The notes under the pieces were generated by a model. It did no database searches, was not told the origin of the DNA, and saw nothing but the letters and a program-made list of their open reading frames with translations. Positions 33,830 through 43,108 of a DNA stretch of 47,514 nucleotides are shown one piece after another. The translations under genes and the position numbers were made by a program. This stretch comes from Acidimicrobiia bacterium. GTDB lineage: Bacteria; Actinomycetota; Acidimicrobiia; Spongiisociales; ZC4RG35. Numbering within the stretch: position 1 is the first letter of the stretch; each line of letters opens with the position of its first letter. Where the stretch lies: assembly GCA_033720975.1 (NCBI GenBank), contig JAWWBL010000002.1, forward strand, positions 1-47,514, in the 5' to 3' direction.

Positions 33830-35518
33830 GTGACCTCGAACATCATCACAGTTCTGGCCATCGTCGCCGGGATCACCTGGCTTGGGGTTCTCCTGGTGGC
33901 GGCGATCCGGAACCGCGGGAGCGAAGAGGTCCCTTCCAACATTCGCCCAGGTATCGATGACCAGCAGCTTGAGACACGGCGCCTGGAGTCCGGCCAGAAG
34001 GCGGCCATCGCCGCGTCGGCTTTCCTGGCCGTCTCTCTCCCTCTCTATTTCCTCAGCGAGCCGAGCCGGCAAGAAGGGTTTGTCGAGGAGTTTGCACATG
34101 CCTCTGAGGAGCGCGGAGAGCATCTGGTCGAGGAGTTCGCCTGCTTCTCGTGCCACGGCCCTCTCGGAGCTGGCGGCTCTGCCTCGTTCGTCGAGAAGCG
34201 GTCCGGTGTCACCGTGTCCTGGGAGGCGCCCGCTCTCAACGACGTCCTCTACCGATACGACGAGGACGAGCTCAACTTCTGGATCACCTTCGGCCGTGGG
34301 AACACCCCCATGCCCGCTTGGGGGCTCGCCGGCGGTGGCCCCCTCAATGAGGCTCAGGTCGTTGACATCGTCAACTACCTGAAGACGATCCAGATCCCGC
34401 AACAGGAAGCTGCCGCCAAGGCAGCCTCCCAGGTCGATATTCAGATCTCGCGCTTGAACAACGCCGAAGCGACGGTCGAAGAGGCGATCCTCAACCAGCG
34501 CCAGGTTCTCGCCGAGATAGCCCAGGCGCCGGCCGACGCACTGTTCGTTGGGCCCCTGGCTGTTCGCGCCCGGGATCTTCTCGACGCTGCCGCCACCGGA
34601 ATCGACACCGACGACGACGGCCTCTCGGATGCGGTCGAGGCCGAGCTGTCGTTGATATCCGCTGAGGCCTATGACTACTTCCAGGGGATCGAGCCGGTCA
34701 CCCTCGATCCCGAGATTGCCGACAACGACCTGCTCGTATCGGCAATGGCACAGCTCGAGGAGGGGGCGGATCAGGACCCGATCTTGGGTCAGTACCTAGC
34801 TGCCGTCGAAGCCATTCTCGAAGGCCAGGACCTGACGAGCGATAGCGATGGTGACGGGATCTCCGATGAGGCAGAGGCGGCCATTTCGGGCCAGTTGGCC
34901 GAGGCTTCCCGTGCGACGATCCCGGCCGGGATAGCGGTGGTGAGTCTGAGCCCGACCAGCACGGAGTCAGTGCCCGACGTGTCCGACAGGGCCACTGCCA
35001 CCCGTCTCGTCGGCGGGCTCGAGTCAGTTGCCATAAACACATCCGTTGCCGCGGAGAACTTCGACAAGCTCTTCAACCAAGAATCTGCCGGGCTCACTTT
35101 CCTGCTCGACGCCCAGCGGGCCAGGGCGTGGCATGTCGACATCGCAGGGGTGGCTGATTCGATGGGAGTCGGTGAGGAGGAGGCCGAGAGGGCAGTGGCG
35201 CTCTTCAACGCAAACTGCGCCCGCTGCCACACGGCCGGTTTCAGCGCAGGCGTGCCTTACACCCAGGAGATCGGATCGGGTGGGTTCGGCCCGGCGCTGT
35301 GGGATGGCCGGCCCGTCGTCCAGTTCGGGGAAGCCGCCGATCCCGAGGAGGACCTCCTCATCCAATTCCTGATAAGAGGCTCGGAGGCACAGAAGCCTTA
35401 CGGCCTCAATGGGTTCGGCTCGGGGCGGATGCCCGCATTCGGGGCGGTCCTTTCCCAGGAGGACATCGCGCTGCTTGCCCTGTACCTTCGTAGTGGCAAC
35501 TTGAGCGGAGTTGAGTAG
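33830..35518 (+). CDS. Membrane-anchored dihaem cytochrome c with large inter-domain insertion
   Basis: 562 aa, GTG start, N-terminal TM. CFSCH (aa 105-109) with TPMPAW, and CARCH (aa 463-467) with GRMPAF. About 260 aa separate the two haem domains. Confidence 0.8.
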   Translation: MTSNIITVLAIVAGITWLGVLLVAAIRNRGSEEVPSNIRPGIDDQQLETRRLESGQKAAIAASAFLAVSLPLYFLSEPSRQEGFVEEFAHASEERGEHLVEEFACFSCHGPLGAGGSASFVEKRSGVTVSWEAPALNDVLYRYDEDELNFWITFGRGNTPMPAWGLAGGGPLNEAQVVDIVNYLKTIQIPQQEAAAKAASQVDIQISRLNNAEATVEEAILNQRQVLAEIAQAPADALFVGPLAVRARDLLDAAATGIDTDDDGLSDAVEAELSLISAEAYDYFQGIEPVTLDPEIADNDLLVSAMAQLEEGADQDPILGQYLAAVEAILEGQDLTSDSDGDGISDEAEAAISGQLAEASRATIPAGIAVVSLSPTSTESVPDVSDRATATRLVGGLESVAINTSVAAENFDKLFNQESAGLTFLLDAQRARAWHVDIAGVADSMGVGEEEAERAVALFNANCARCHTAGFSAGVPYTQEIGSGGFGPALWDGRPVVQFGEAADPEEDLLIQFLIRGSEAQKPYGLNGFGSGRMPAFGAVLSQEDIALLALYLRSGNLSGVE

Positions 35519-35520
35519 GG

Positions 35521-35877
35521 ATGTTCAGAGAGTTCTTCAGATCGCTGCTCTCAGCGAACCTGTTCGTCACCGGTATCGTGCTGACGCTCGCCGCCGTGCT
35601 TCTGTTCTACGGATCGATCTACCTGTTCAACCACACGAATCTGGGCCGTCGACTGGCCCTCCTGGTCACCGGCGCCTCCATCTTCGGGTGGATGACCATC
35701 ACATCGCTGCTGTTCGTCATCTACGCGCCCCGTGGCCCGAAGCCCGACAACATCGAAGGTCTCAACGCCTTCGAAATCCGCGTGATCCCGTTGACCTTCC
35801 TCCTGGTCTCTTTGGTCCTCTTTCTCGTTTTCGTCGTCGCACTCCACCAATACGAGTCGACGCGAGAACCCGACTAG
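35521..35877 (+). CDS. Small three-TM membrane protein, last gene of the Rieske/cytochrome b operon
   Basis: 118-aa ORF starting 2 nt after the cytochrome c stop, with three hydrophobic segments. Confidence 0.55.
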   Translation: MFREFFRSLLSANLFVTGIVLTLAAVLLFYGSIYLFNHTNLGRRLALLVTGASIFGWMTITSLLFVIYAPRGPKPDNIEGLNAFEIRVIPLTFLLVSLVLFLVFVVALHQYESTREPD

Positions 35878-35887
35878 TCGGCTCGAA

Positions 35888-38800
35888 TCAGGTCCTGGCG
35901 CGCAGGTCGAGGACCCGCCGACGCATCTCACAATCTCCCAGTACGTGGATCTGTTCGAGCACCGAGTCGAGGATCTCTCGCGCTTCGTCGGTCTCGCCGC
36001 CGTGAATCAACACCTTGGCCAGCTCGACTTTGCCAGGGATCACGGCACCGTTGAAGTTGTGTTTGGTGGCTCTGTCGATGATTGCCCGTAGTGCGTTGTC
36101 CGGGTCCCGGCGCGCCTTGAGCACGTAGGGCAGAAATCGCGGGTTGGAAGCCAGGTCCTTAAGGCTTGCGTTCGCCTCCCCGGTGGCGATTCGGCCCAGC
36201 ACGCCTGCGTAATTGAGCTCGGCGTACAACATCTCCCAGAGTCGCCCATTGCGTTCTGCCATCTCTCGCGTCGCGACGATCCGGTCCATTCCCTCGCTGA
36301 GGTTGCCTTCAAGGAGGTCCGTCATTCCTCGAGCGACCGACAGAACCAGCGGCGTGGGCAACTCGGTGCCGGTCTGCTCTGCATCCATCAAGAATGAGAC
36401 CGCTTCGGACGCTGCATCGAGGTGTCCACCCAAAGTGGCCGCCGCGGCAGCGTTGATGATGGCAGTGTCCCGATAGATGGGGTCCTTGGCGATAGAGCTG
36501 CTCCGTCTGCCCATCTCAATCGCCTCTTCGTAGTTGCCGTATACCGCCGCGATGAATGCCAGGCCCTGGTAGCCGAAAGCAACGCACCGGTTGTTTCCCT
36601 CAGCCTCACCGAATGCGATGACCTCTCGGCACAACTCAGCGGTTTCTTCCGGCATGCCCGCCGAGGCCAGTGCAAATACGAGAGTGATCGTCGACTTGAA
36701 GTAGGGATATGGATCAATCGCCCGGTTGGCCCGAGCCCATGCCTGAATCGACCGTCCAGTTTCGATCGCGCCCAAAGGATCTCCCGTGACGAATCGGGCC
36801 CATGTCAGCCACGTCCGGGCATACGCAAGACCGGTCTCGTCGCCTGTCCTCTCGGCTATCGCTTCCGCCTCGTCCAGGAAACCGGTGTTATTCGTCTGGT
36901 CTATCCGGAACCCCGCAGCATGTCCGCGCCACACGAGCCACCACATGCGGAGCCTTTCGTCCTCGAGCCGGTCGACGATTTGCTGATGTTCCACGAGGAT
37001 GTCATCTAGGCGAAGCAGATGGGCCCGGTAATAGAAGACGATGGCCCAGTCGAGTATGAGCTCGATCAGTTGGCGGTCGCGATCAGTGGTCGACTCCGCT
37101 TCGGTCAGCATCTGGTAGCCGTTGTCGAAGTGGGCCTCGGCTTCGACTAGCGCGTACCGGTCCATTGCCTTCCGACCGGCGGCCCGCAGGTAGTGCACAG
37201 CCTTGTCCAGAACCTGCCCTTGGCGGTAGTGGTAGGCGAGAGTCTCTGTGACTTCTTCGAGCCTCTCGGCAAACTGAACTTCGATCGCCCGGGCAGCCCG
37301 CGCGTGTAGTGAGACCCGTTCGGCTTTGAGCAGCCCCTCATAGGCCACGTCCTGAGTCAGGGCATGTTTGAAGAAGTACTCCAGGTCGGCGTCGTGTCTC
37401 CGCTCCCGGATCAGATCGGCCACCTCCAGGTCGGCGAGGCTGGGATCGAGAACCTCGGTCCGCGTGGCGACGCGCTTGATCACGTCGTAGAGAAACTCTC
37501 TACCGACCACAGACGCCTCTCTGAGTATTTGGCGACGGTCGGTATCGAGCCGGTCGATCCGCGCTGCGATCACGCCGCGAATCGAAGTGGGAAGGTCTGC
37601 TTCGGTGAGCGACCCTGTCACACGCCATCCGTCGCCTTCTCGCTGAACAGTCCCTGTTTCGATGAGCGAGTTGACGATCTCCTCGACGTAGAAGGGGTTT
37701 CCGTCGGTCCGTTCCACGATGAATTCGAGGAGCTCGGGCGGGGGGTCGTTCACCCCGAGCAGAGAGGCGACCATTTCCCCGGTCTGCCGCGGGGAGAGAG
37801 GGGCCAGCTCGATCTCCCTGAGCAAGGGGAGTCGGTTTGTGAACGACGGGCGGTAGTTGGCGATGATCACCACCGGGGCGCTCAGAGCCTCGAGGAGGTC
37901 CCGGACGATCGCCACGGTCGAGGGGTCGGCCCAGTGGAGGTCCTGGAGCACTAGCACCGTTGGCGCCCTCCGGCACAACCCACCTACCACCGCAAGGAGG
38001 CTTTCGAGTAGTCGATCCTGGAAAGAGTCTTTCTCGAGGGCTGCGTCGGGCCGCTCAGGCAGTCCGTATAGCCTGACGAACGGGTCCAGAACCCTGTCAA
38101 CGTCTTCGACCAGGACCCCGATTTCGGAGCGGAGCTTGCTCGAGATCGAGCTCTGGGTATCGCGTTCGCCTACACCGATCGCGTTTGAGATGAGATCGAC
38201 CAGAGCCGCATACGGGATGTTCTCACCGTATGGGTAGGCGCGACCCTCCAGCCATTGCACGTTTCCTTCGACGCGGGACTGGAACTCGGCGAGCAAACGG
38301 GTCTTGCCCGCCCCGGCCTCGGCCCTGATCCCAATGACGCTTCCTTTGCCGTCCCGGACGTTCTCGACGGCGCCAAGAAGAATCCCGAGTTCCTCATGGC
38401 GGCCGACGAATCCGGCTTGTCGCCTGGAAGGGGTGGCGCGAGTCTCGAGTGGCCCCACGACCTTTTTCACCAGGGTTGGGCCCGCCTTGCCCCTCAGCGC
38501 GTGCTCTCCATGGTCCTCCAGCTCGAAAACCCCGCCAACCGCCGCCGCAGTCTCCGGGCCGATCAGGATCTCACCCGCCTTCGACAGGTCCTCCAACCTC
38601 GCTGCAACATTGATCGTGTCGCCGAGAGGGCCGGTGTCGGCCGCGTCGAGTGCTCCCGCGCTTGTGATCACCACCCCGGTGTTGATCCCTGAATGCATCT
38701 CGAGCGGCCGCCCGATGTCCTTTTCGTAGCGAGGGCTGATCTCGTCCACCAGCGCGTGGATCTCGAGCGTGGCACGAACCGCCCTTTCAGCATCGTCCTC

Positions 38801-39118
38801 GTGGGCTACCGGGTCCCCAAAGACCGACATGACTGCGTCCCCGAGGAGCTTGTCCACCCTTCCCCCGAAGCGTTCGATGACTTCGGTCGCTTTGGAGAAG
38901 ATCTCCCTCATGACACCACGGAGGTCTTCTGGATCCATGTGCTCCGACAGGGCCGTGAACCCGGAGAGATCCGAGAAGGCGACAGTTATCTGCTTCCGCT
39001 CACCCTGCGGCGCGAATGCCCGCAGGTCCGAGCCGCACTGACTGCAAAAGCGTGCCTCATCCGGGTTGTCAAAGCTGCAGTTGTCGCACTTCGCCAAATC
39101 AACCTCTCCGAGCACCAT
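35888..39118 (-). CDS. Zinc-ribbon / class III adenylate-guanylate cyclase / AAA(STAND) ATPase / TPR multidomain protein
   Basis: 1076 aa. CDNCSFDN...FCSQCG zinc ribbon; cyclase motifs FSDLSGFT, LLGDAVM, GDTINVAARLE; P-loop AEAGAGKT; helical-repeat C-terminus with no HTH recognised. Confidence 0.8.
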   Translation of the reverse strand: MVLGEVDLAKCDNCSFDNPDEARFCSQCGSDLRAFAPQGERKQITVAFSDLSGFTALSEHMDPEDLRGVMREIFSKATEVIERFGGRVDKLLGDAVMSVFGDPVAHEDDAERAVRATLEIHALVDEISPRYEKDIGRPLEMHSGINTGVVITSAGALDAADTGPLGDTINVAARLEDLSKAGEILIGPETAAAVGGVFELEDHGEHALRGKAGPTLVKKVVGPLETRATPSRRQAGFVGRHEELGILLGAVENVRDGKGSVIGIRAEAGAGKTRLLAEFQSRVEGNVQWLEGRAYPYGENIPYAALVDLISNAIGVGERDTQSSISSKLRSEIGVLVEDVDRVLDPFVRLYGLPERPDAALEKDSFQDRLLESLLAVVGGLCRRAPTVLVLQDLHWADPSTVAIVRDLLEALSAPVVIIANYRPSFTNRLPLLREIELAPLSPRQTGEMVASLLGVNDPPPELLEFIVERTDGNPFYVEEIVNSLIETGTVQREGDGWRVTGSLTEADLPTSIRGVIAARIDRLDTDRRQILREASVVGREFLYDVIKRVATRTEVLDPSLADLEVADLIRERRHDADLEYFFKHALTQDVAYEGLLKAERVSLHARAARAIEVQFAERLEEVTETLAYHYRQGQVLDKAVHYLRAAGRKAMDRYALVEAEAHFDNGYQMLTEAESTTDRDRQLIELILDWAIVFYYRAHLLRLDDILVEHQQIVDRLEDERLRMWWLVWRGHAAGFRIDQTNNTGFLDEAEAIAERTGDETGLAYARTWLTWARFVTGDPLGAIETGRSIQAWARANRAIDPYPYFKSTITLVFALASAGMPEETAELCREVIAFGEAEGNNRCVAFGYQGLAFIAAVYGNYEEAIEMGRRSSSIAKDPIYRDTAIINAAAAATLGGHLDAASEAVSFLMDAEQTGTELPTPLVLSVARGMTDLLEGNLSEGMDRIVATREMAERNGRLWEMLYAELNYAGVLGRIATGEANASLKDLASNPRFLPYVLKARRDPDNALRAIIDRATKHNFNGAVIPGKVELAKVLIHGGETDEAREILDSVLEQIHVLGDCEMRRRVLDLRART

Positions 39119-39190
39119 GTTTACACAGTGGTTGATGGTTGCCCCAGGATCGCTGGCACTAGTTTCGGTGCATCCGAACCAGGGAGATAG

Positions 39191-39493
39191 ATGATGGCCG
39201 CTGCTTTTCTGTTGGCAGATGTCAGGCCTGACGACATGGAGGCGTATCGCGCCAGTGGTTACCTCGAGGCAGCATTCGAGTCAGCGACGCGTCACGGCGG
39301 GGTATACCGCGCTCGAGGTGGCAATACGATCGTCCTCGAGGGGGAGTGGGATCCCGGCCGGATGGTCGTCATCGAATTCCCTTCAATGGACGATCTTCTG
39401 GCCTGGTACGAGAGCCCCGAGTACCAGGAGTCGGCGCCAGTCCGGAGGCGTCTCGTGCCGAACTCGATGTTGGTGGCTCTGGAAGGGAGTTGA
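39191..39493 (+). CDS. DUF1330 domain protein
   Basis: 100 aa; ...RMVVIEFPSMDDLLAWYESPEYQ... is typical of DUF1330. Confidence 0.65.
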   Translation: MMAAAFLLADVRPDDMEAYRASGYLEAAFESATRHGGVYRARGGNTIVLEGEWDPGRMVVIEFPSMDDLLAWYESPEYQESAPVRRRLVPNSMLVALEGS

Positions 39494-39505
39494 GCCGGGC
39501 TTTGG

Positions 39506-40114
39506 CTATCCGTAATAGCTGAGGATCTGAAGCTCGGTTGAGAGGTCGACCTGCCGCACTGCGACCCCGTCGGGCACGGTGACGCGAGCAGGCGCGAAAT
39601 TGAGAATCGAAGCGATGCCGGCCGATATCAGCGACTCGGTGACGGACTGCGCGGCCGTGGCCGGCACGGCCAGGATGGCCATGTCGAACCGATGCTTCCC
39701 CGCATCGGAAGTCATGGCACTCACATCTGAGACCCTCACACTTCCGACGGTTTCTCCGATCCGGTCCGGGTCGATGTCATACAGGGCGACGACGTCGAAG
39801 CCTCTCTTGGCCAGCCCCGAGTAGCGGGCGAGCGCGGTTCCGAGGTTGCCGGCGCCGACGATCGCCACCCTCCTTCGATGTTCGATCCCGAGCTCGCGCC
39901 GTATCCGGTCCCGCAGCGCCGGCACCGAGTAACCCACACCGCGGGTTCCCTGGAACCCCAGGTCGGACAGGTCTCGCCGTACGTTGGCCGCGTTCACGCC
40001 TGCTGAGTCGGCTAGAGCATCAGACGAAACCGTTTCGCTTTGCCCCTCGACCTCTTCGAGCAGTCGCAGGTATCGAGGCAAGCGTGAAACCGTGGCTCGT
40101 GACAGGTCGCTCAT
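39506..40114 (-). CDS. rex: Redox-sensing transcriptional repressor Rex
   Basis: 202 aa. N-terminal winged helix TVSRLPRYLRLL, GFQGTRGVGY, Rossmann VAIVGAGNLG, C-terminal LNFAP. Confidence 0.9.
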   Translation of the reverse strand: MSDLSRATVSRLPRYLRLLEEVEGQSETVSSDALADSAGVNAANVRRDLSDLGFQGTRGVGYSVPALRDRIRRELGIEHRRRVAIVGAGNLGTALARYSGLAKRGFDVVALYDIDPDRIGETVGSVRVSDVSAMTSDAGKHRFDMAILAVPATAAQSVTESLISAGIASILNFAPARVTVPDGVAVRQVDLSTELQILSYYG

Positions 40115-40131
40115 TGTGAAATACTGTACAA
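40114..40131. promoter_or_regulatory. Rex operator (ROP)-like site at the rex start
   Basis: TTGTGAAATACTGTACAA vs ROP consensus TTGTGAAnnnnTTCACAA (2 mismatches in the right half). It abuts the rex ATG in the divergent rex / geranylgeranyl reductase region. Confidence 0.5.
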
Positions 40132-40174
40132 GCGCTTTCTCGCATCGCTGTTACGCCACATACCATCGGAAAAG

Positions 40175-41407
40175 ATGACCTCTCCTTCAGTCCTCATCGT
40201 CGGGGGCGGGCCCGCCGGCTCCGCCGCCGCCTACTGGCTGGCCAGGGCCGGCCACGACGTCACGCTTGTCGAGAAGAAGGAGTATCCCCGCGAGAAGACA
40301 TGTGGCGACGGGCTCACCCCACGCGCGATCCTCCAGCTGCAGGAGATGGGGTTCGATTTCGAAGTCGCCGAGTTTCACCGCATCACGGGCCTCCGCTCCT
40401 ACGCGGGCGACGACTTGATGATCGAGATGCCTTGGCCCGAGCACAGCAAGTTTCCCAACTGGGGAGGTGTCATCCGCCGCAGTGACCTCGATGCTCAGGT
40501 CGCCAGGCTTGCAGAAAAGGAAGGGGCGACGATCAGGGAGAAGACCAGCGCTATTCCCGTGATCGAAGGCGGGGAACTGAAGGCGGTCGAACTGGAGAGC
40601 GCTGGTGAGTCTGAGGTCGTGAAACCCCTCTACACCGTTGTTGCCGATGGCTCGATGAACCGGTTCGGGCGTGCCTTGGGAACTGAGCGTCGGAGGGATT
40701 ACCCGCTCGGAATGGCAGCTCGCGGGTATTGGACCTCGCCGCGTTCGGACGACAGGTTTCTCGAGAGCCAGTTGGACATGCGCGACTCGTCGGGGGCGAC
40801 GATGCCTGGTTACGGGTGGGTGTTCCCCCTTGGCGACGGGACCGTAAACGTCGGCGTCGGCCTTCTCTCCACCTTCAAGCGCTGGAAACAGGTGAACACG
40901 TCGACCATGCTCGACGACTACGTCGCTCGCGCTCCTGATTATTGGCAGCTGTCCGGTCCCACGGGCAAGCCGATGGGTGGCAAGCTTGCAATGTCGTTCT
41001 CCAAGACCCCCCTAATGGGCTCTAATTGGCTCACCATTGGTGATGCGGCCGGAGCGATCAACCCGTGGAACGGGGAGGGGATCTCCTACGCCTACGAGAC
41101 TGGCCGCATCGCAGCCGAACACATCGGCGATGCTCTGGCGACGAGCGATCCGACCGTGCTCGGGCGCTACCAGCAACGGCTCGACGAGGAGTACGGCCTC
41201 TATTACAAGATGGCCAGGATCTTTGTCAGGCTGATTGGCAACCCGACCGTGATGCGAACTCTGGCCCACACCGGACTGCGGAACCGGACTCTCATGGAGT
41301 GGACGCTCAAGGTCATGGCCAATCTCTTGGATGAGGACGACAAGGAGATGGGAGAGAGGGTTTACTCCGCACTTGCCGCCATCGTCCGTCGACTTCCCAC
41401 GTCGTGA
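40175..41407 (+). CDS. Geranylgeranyl reductase family FAD-dependent oxidoreductase (MenJ-like)
   Basis: 410 aa; VLIVGGGPAGSAAAYWLA dinucleotide fold and KTCGDGLTP motif. Confidence 0.8.
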   Translation: MTSPSVLIVGGGPAGSAAAYWLARAGHDVTLVEKKEYPREKTCGDGLTPRAILQLQEMGFDFEVAEFHRITGLRSYAGDDLMIEMPWPEHSKFPNWGGVIRRSDLDAQVARLAEKEGATIREKTSAIPVIEGGELKAVELESAGESEVVKPLYTVVADGSMNRFGRALGTERRRDYPLGMAARGYWTSPRSDDRFLESQLDMRDSSGATMPGYGWVFPLGDGTVNVGVGLLSTFKRWKQVNTSTMLDDYVARAPDYWQLSGPTGKPMGGKLAMSFSKTPLMGSNWLTIGDAAGAINPWNGEGISYAYETGRIAAEHIGDALATSDPTVLGRYQQRLDEEYGLYYKMARIFVRLIGNPTVMRTLAHTGLRNRTLMEWTLKVMANLLDEDDKEMGERVYSALAAIVRRLPTS

Positions 41408-41408
41408 C

Positions 41409-41885
41409 CTACTGCTGGCGACGCCGGTATTGGATCGTCCACAGCTCGTCCCAGGTTTCACCATCGTCACCGCTCCGCTGCCAGTGCCACGTGAGCGAGT
41501 TCTCCTCGATGTCGGTGAACACCATCCGCTGAACGATCTGTTCGCCTTCCTCGGCGACGGCGGGCGTCCTCAACTCCATCACGCCGTCACGCATGCCTCC
41601 CTCGAAGAGCAGATAACCACCGCTGCTGTCAACCCATGTCTGGCGCCACGAGGACGCCTTCTCGTCGTAAACCGACACACTGTGACCGAGAAAGCTCCCG
41701 TCACCGGTGGCGAAGTTCTCTTCGACGACGCACTTCCCGAATCGGTGAGCGATCACGTTGCTGCCGGTGGCGAGCTCGCCTGGCTCGCCGCCTGTCTGCT
41801 CCGCCGGCCAGCTCAGCTCCCATACCCCGACCCAGAAGTCGAACTGTGACGCCTCGGGAGTCGAGCAGGGCGATGTCTCGGTCAT
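41409..41885 (-). CDS. DUF1579-like small protein
   Basis: 158 aa from ATG 41885 (MTETSPCSTPEASQFDFWVGVWELSW...). The upstream part of ORF 41409..42089 would overlap the HAD gene. Confidence 0.5.
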   Translation of the reverse strand: MTETSPCSTPEASQFDFWVGVWELSWPAEQTGGEPGELATGSNVIAHRFGKCVVEENFATGDGSFLGHSVSVYDEKASSWRQTWVDSSGGYLLFEGGMRDGVMELRTPAVAEEGEQIVQRMVFTDIEENSLTWHWQRSGDDGETWDELWTIQYRRRQQ

Positions 41886-41940
41886 CGGATGAGGATAGGA
41901 ACCGAGGAGGTGACCTCGGTGGCGCGGATAACCTGACGAC

Positions 41941-42609
41941 GTGCAGAAACCCGTACTGCTTGCCTTTGACGTCAACGAGACCCTTCTCTCCCTGCGGCCG
42001 GTCAAGGAACAGCTAGCCGAATTGTTCGGCGAGGATCCGCCAGTGGGCGAATGGTTCGCTCGGATGCTCCACGGCTCGCTCGTCGCCAATGAAATCGATG
42101 CCTATCGCTCCTTTGGCGTGATCGGGGCCGAGGCTCTGATCACTGTTGCCTTCAGGAGGTCCGTTCCACTTGCTAGGGAGGCCGCAGAGGAGATCGTCAC
42201 CACGATGAGATCCCTTCCTCCGCATCCGGAAGTTCCTGAGGCGATCGAACGGCTCTCCGAGCTGGGCTTCACCATGGTGACGCTCACCAACGGAAGCACT
42301 GAGACAGCCAACGCGCAGGTAGATGCGGCCGGGCTCCGGCCCTTTCTCGAGCGGGTCATATCCGTGGAGGAGGTGGGCAGGTTCAAACCTGCGGCCGCCG
42401 TGTACTCCTACGCGGCGGAGGTCATGGGCGTTGCCGTGTCGGAGATGATGCTCGTGGCGGCGCACGACTGGGATTGCGCCGGAGCACTCCATGCTGGTGC
42501 GAGGTCTGCCTTTGTCTCACGGCCCGGTGTGTTCTGGAACCAAGCTATGCCGCAACCCGAGCTGGTCGTGAGCGACATCGCCCAGTTGGCAGACGCCCTG
42601 GTCACCTGA
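41941..42609 (+). CDS. Haloacid dehalogenase type II / HAD family hydrolase
   Basis: 222 aa, GTG start. LLAFDVNETL motif I, TLTNGS motif II, KP...AAHDWD motifs III/IV. Confidence 0.75.
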   Translation: MQKPVLLAFDVNETLLSLRPVKEQLAELFGEDPPVGEWFARMLHGSLVANEIDAYRSFGVIGAEALITVAFRRSVPLAREAAEEIVTTMRSLPPHPEVPEAIERLSELGFTMVTLTNGSTETANAQVDAAGLRPFLERVISVEEVGRFKPAAAVYSYAAEVMGVAVSEMMLVAAHDWDCAGALHAGARSAFVSRPGVFWNQAMPQPELVVSDIAQLADALVT

Positions 42610-42657
42610 CTGCCGCCAACCTCATTTTTGCCCAAACCTTGCGAAGGAAATGGCCGC

Positions 42658-42675
42658 TTGCGAATTAGTTCACAA
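42658..42675. promoter_or_regulatory. Rex operator (ROP) upstream of nuoA
   Basis: TTGCGAATTAGTTCACAA, one mismatch to TTGTGAAnnnnTTCACAA, ending 27 nt upstream of the nuoA GTG. An extra TTGCGAA half-site lies at 42639-42645. Confidence 0.6.
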
Positions 42676-42701
42676 GCTCGCCGCCTTCTAAGCTCGGAAT
42701 C

Positions 42702-43108
42702 GTGACTCTTGCCGATTATCTCCCCATCGGCCTCATGCTCGTCCTCGCCGCAGGCTTCGTCGCGGTTTCGCTCCTGGTGTCCAGGATCTTCAGCCCAAAC
42801 CGCCCGACGCCGGAGAAGCTCGACCCCTACGAGTGCGGGATCGTCCCCGTAGTCGAGCCCAATCAGCGTTTCCCGGTGAAGTTCTATCTCGTGGCGATGC
42901 TCTTCGTGATCTTCGACGTCGAGATCATCTTTCTATTCGCCTGGGGGTCGATCTGGACCGAGCTCGGTTGGTTCGGCATCGGGGCGGTCGTGCTCTTCAC
43001 GCTGTTCGTCGCTGAGACCCTCGCCTACGTATGGAAACGCGGGGCCATCGACTGGAACCTGAAACGGCGTGCCCGGTACATCCCGGAGGAGATGAGGGAA
43101 GCGGCCTA

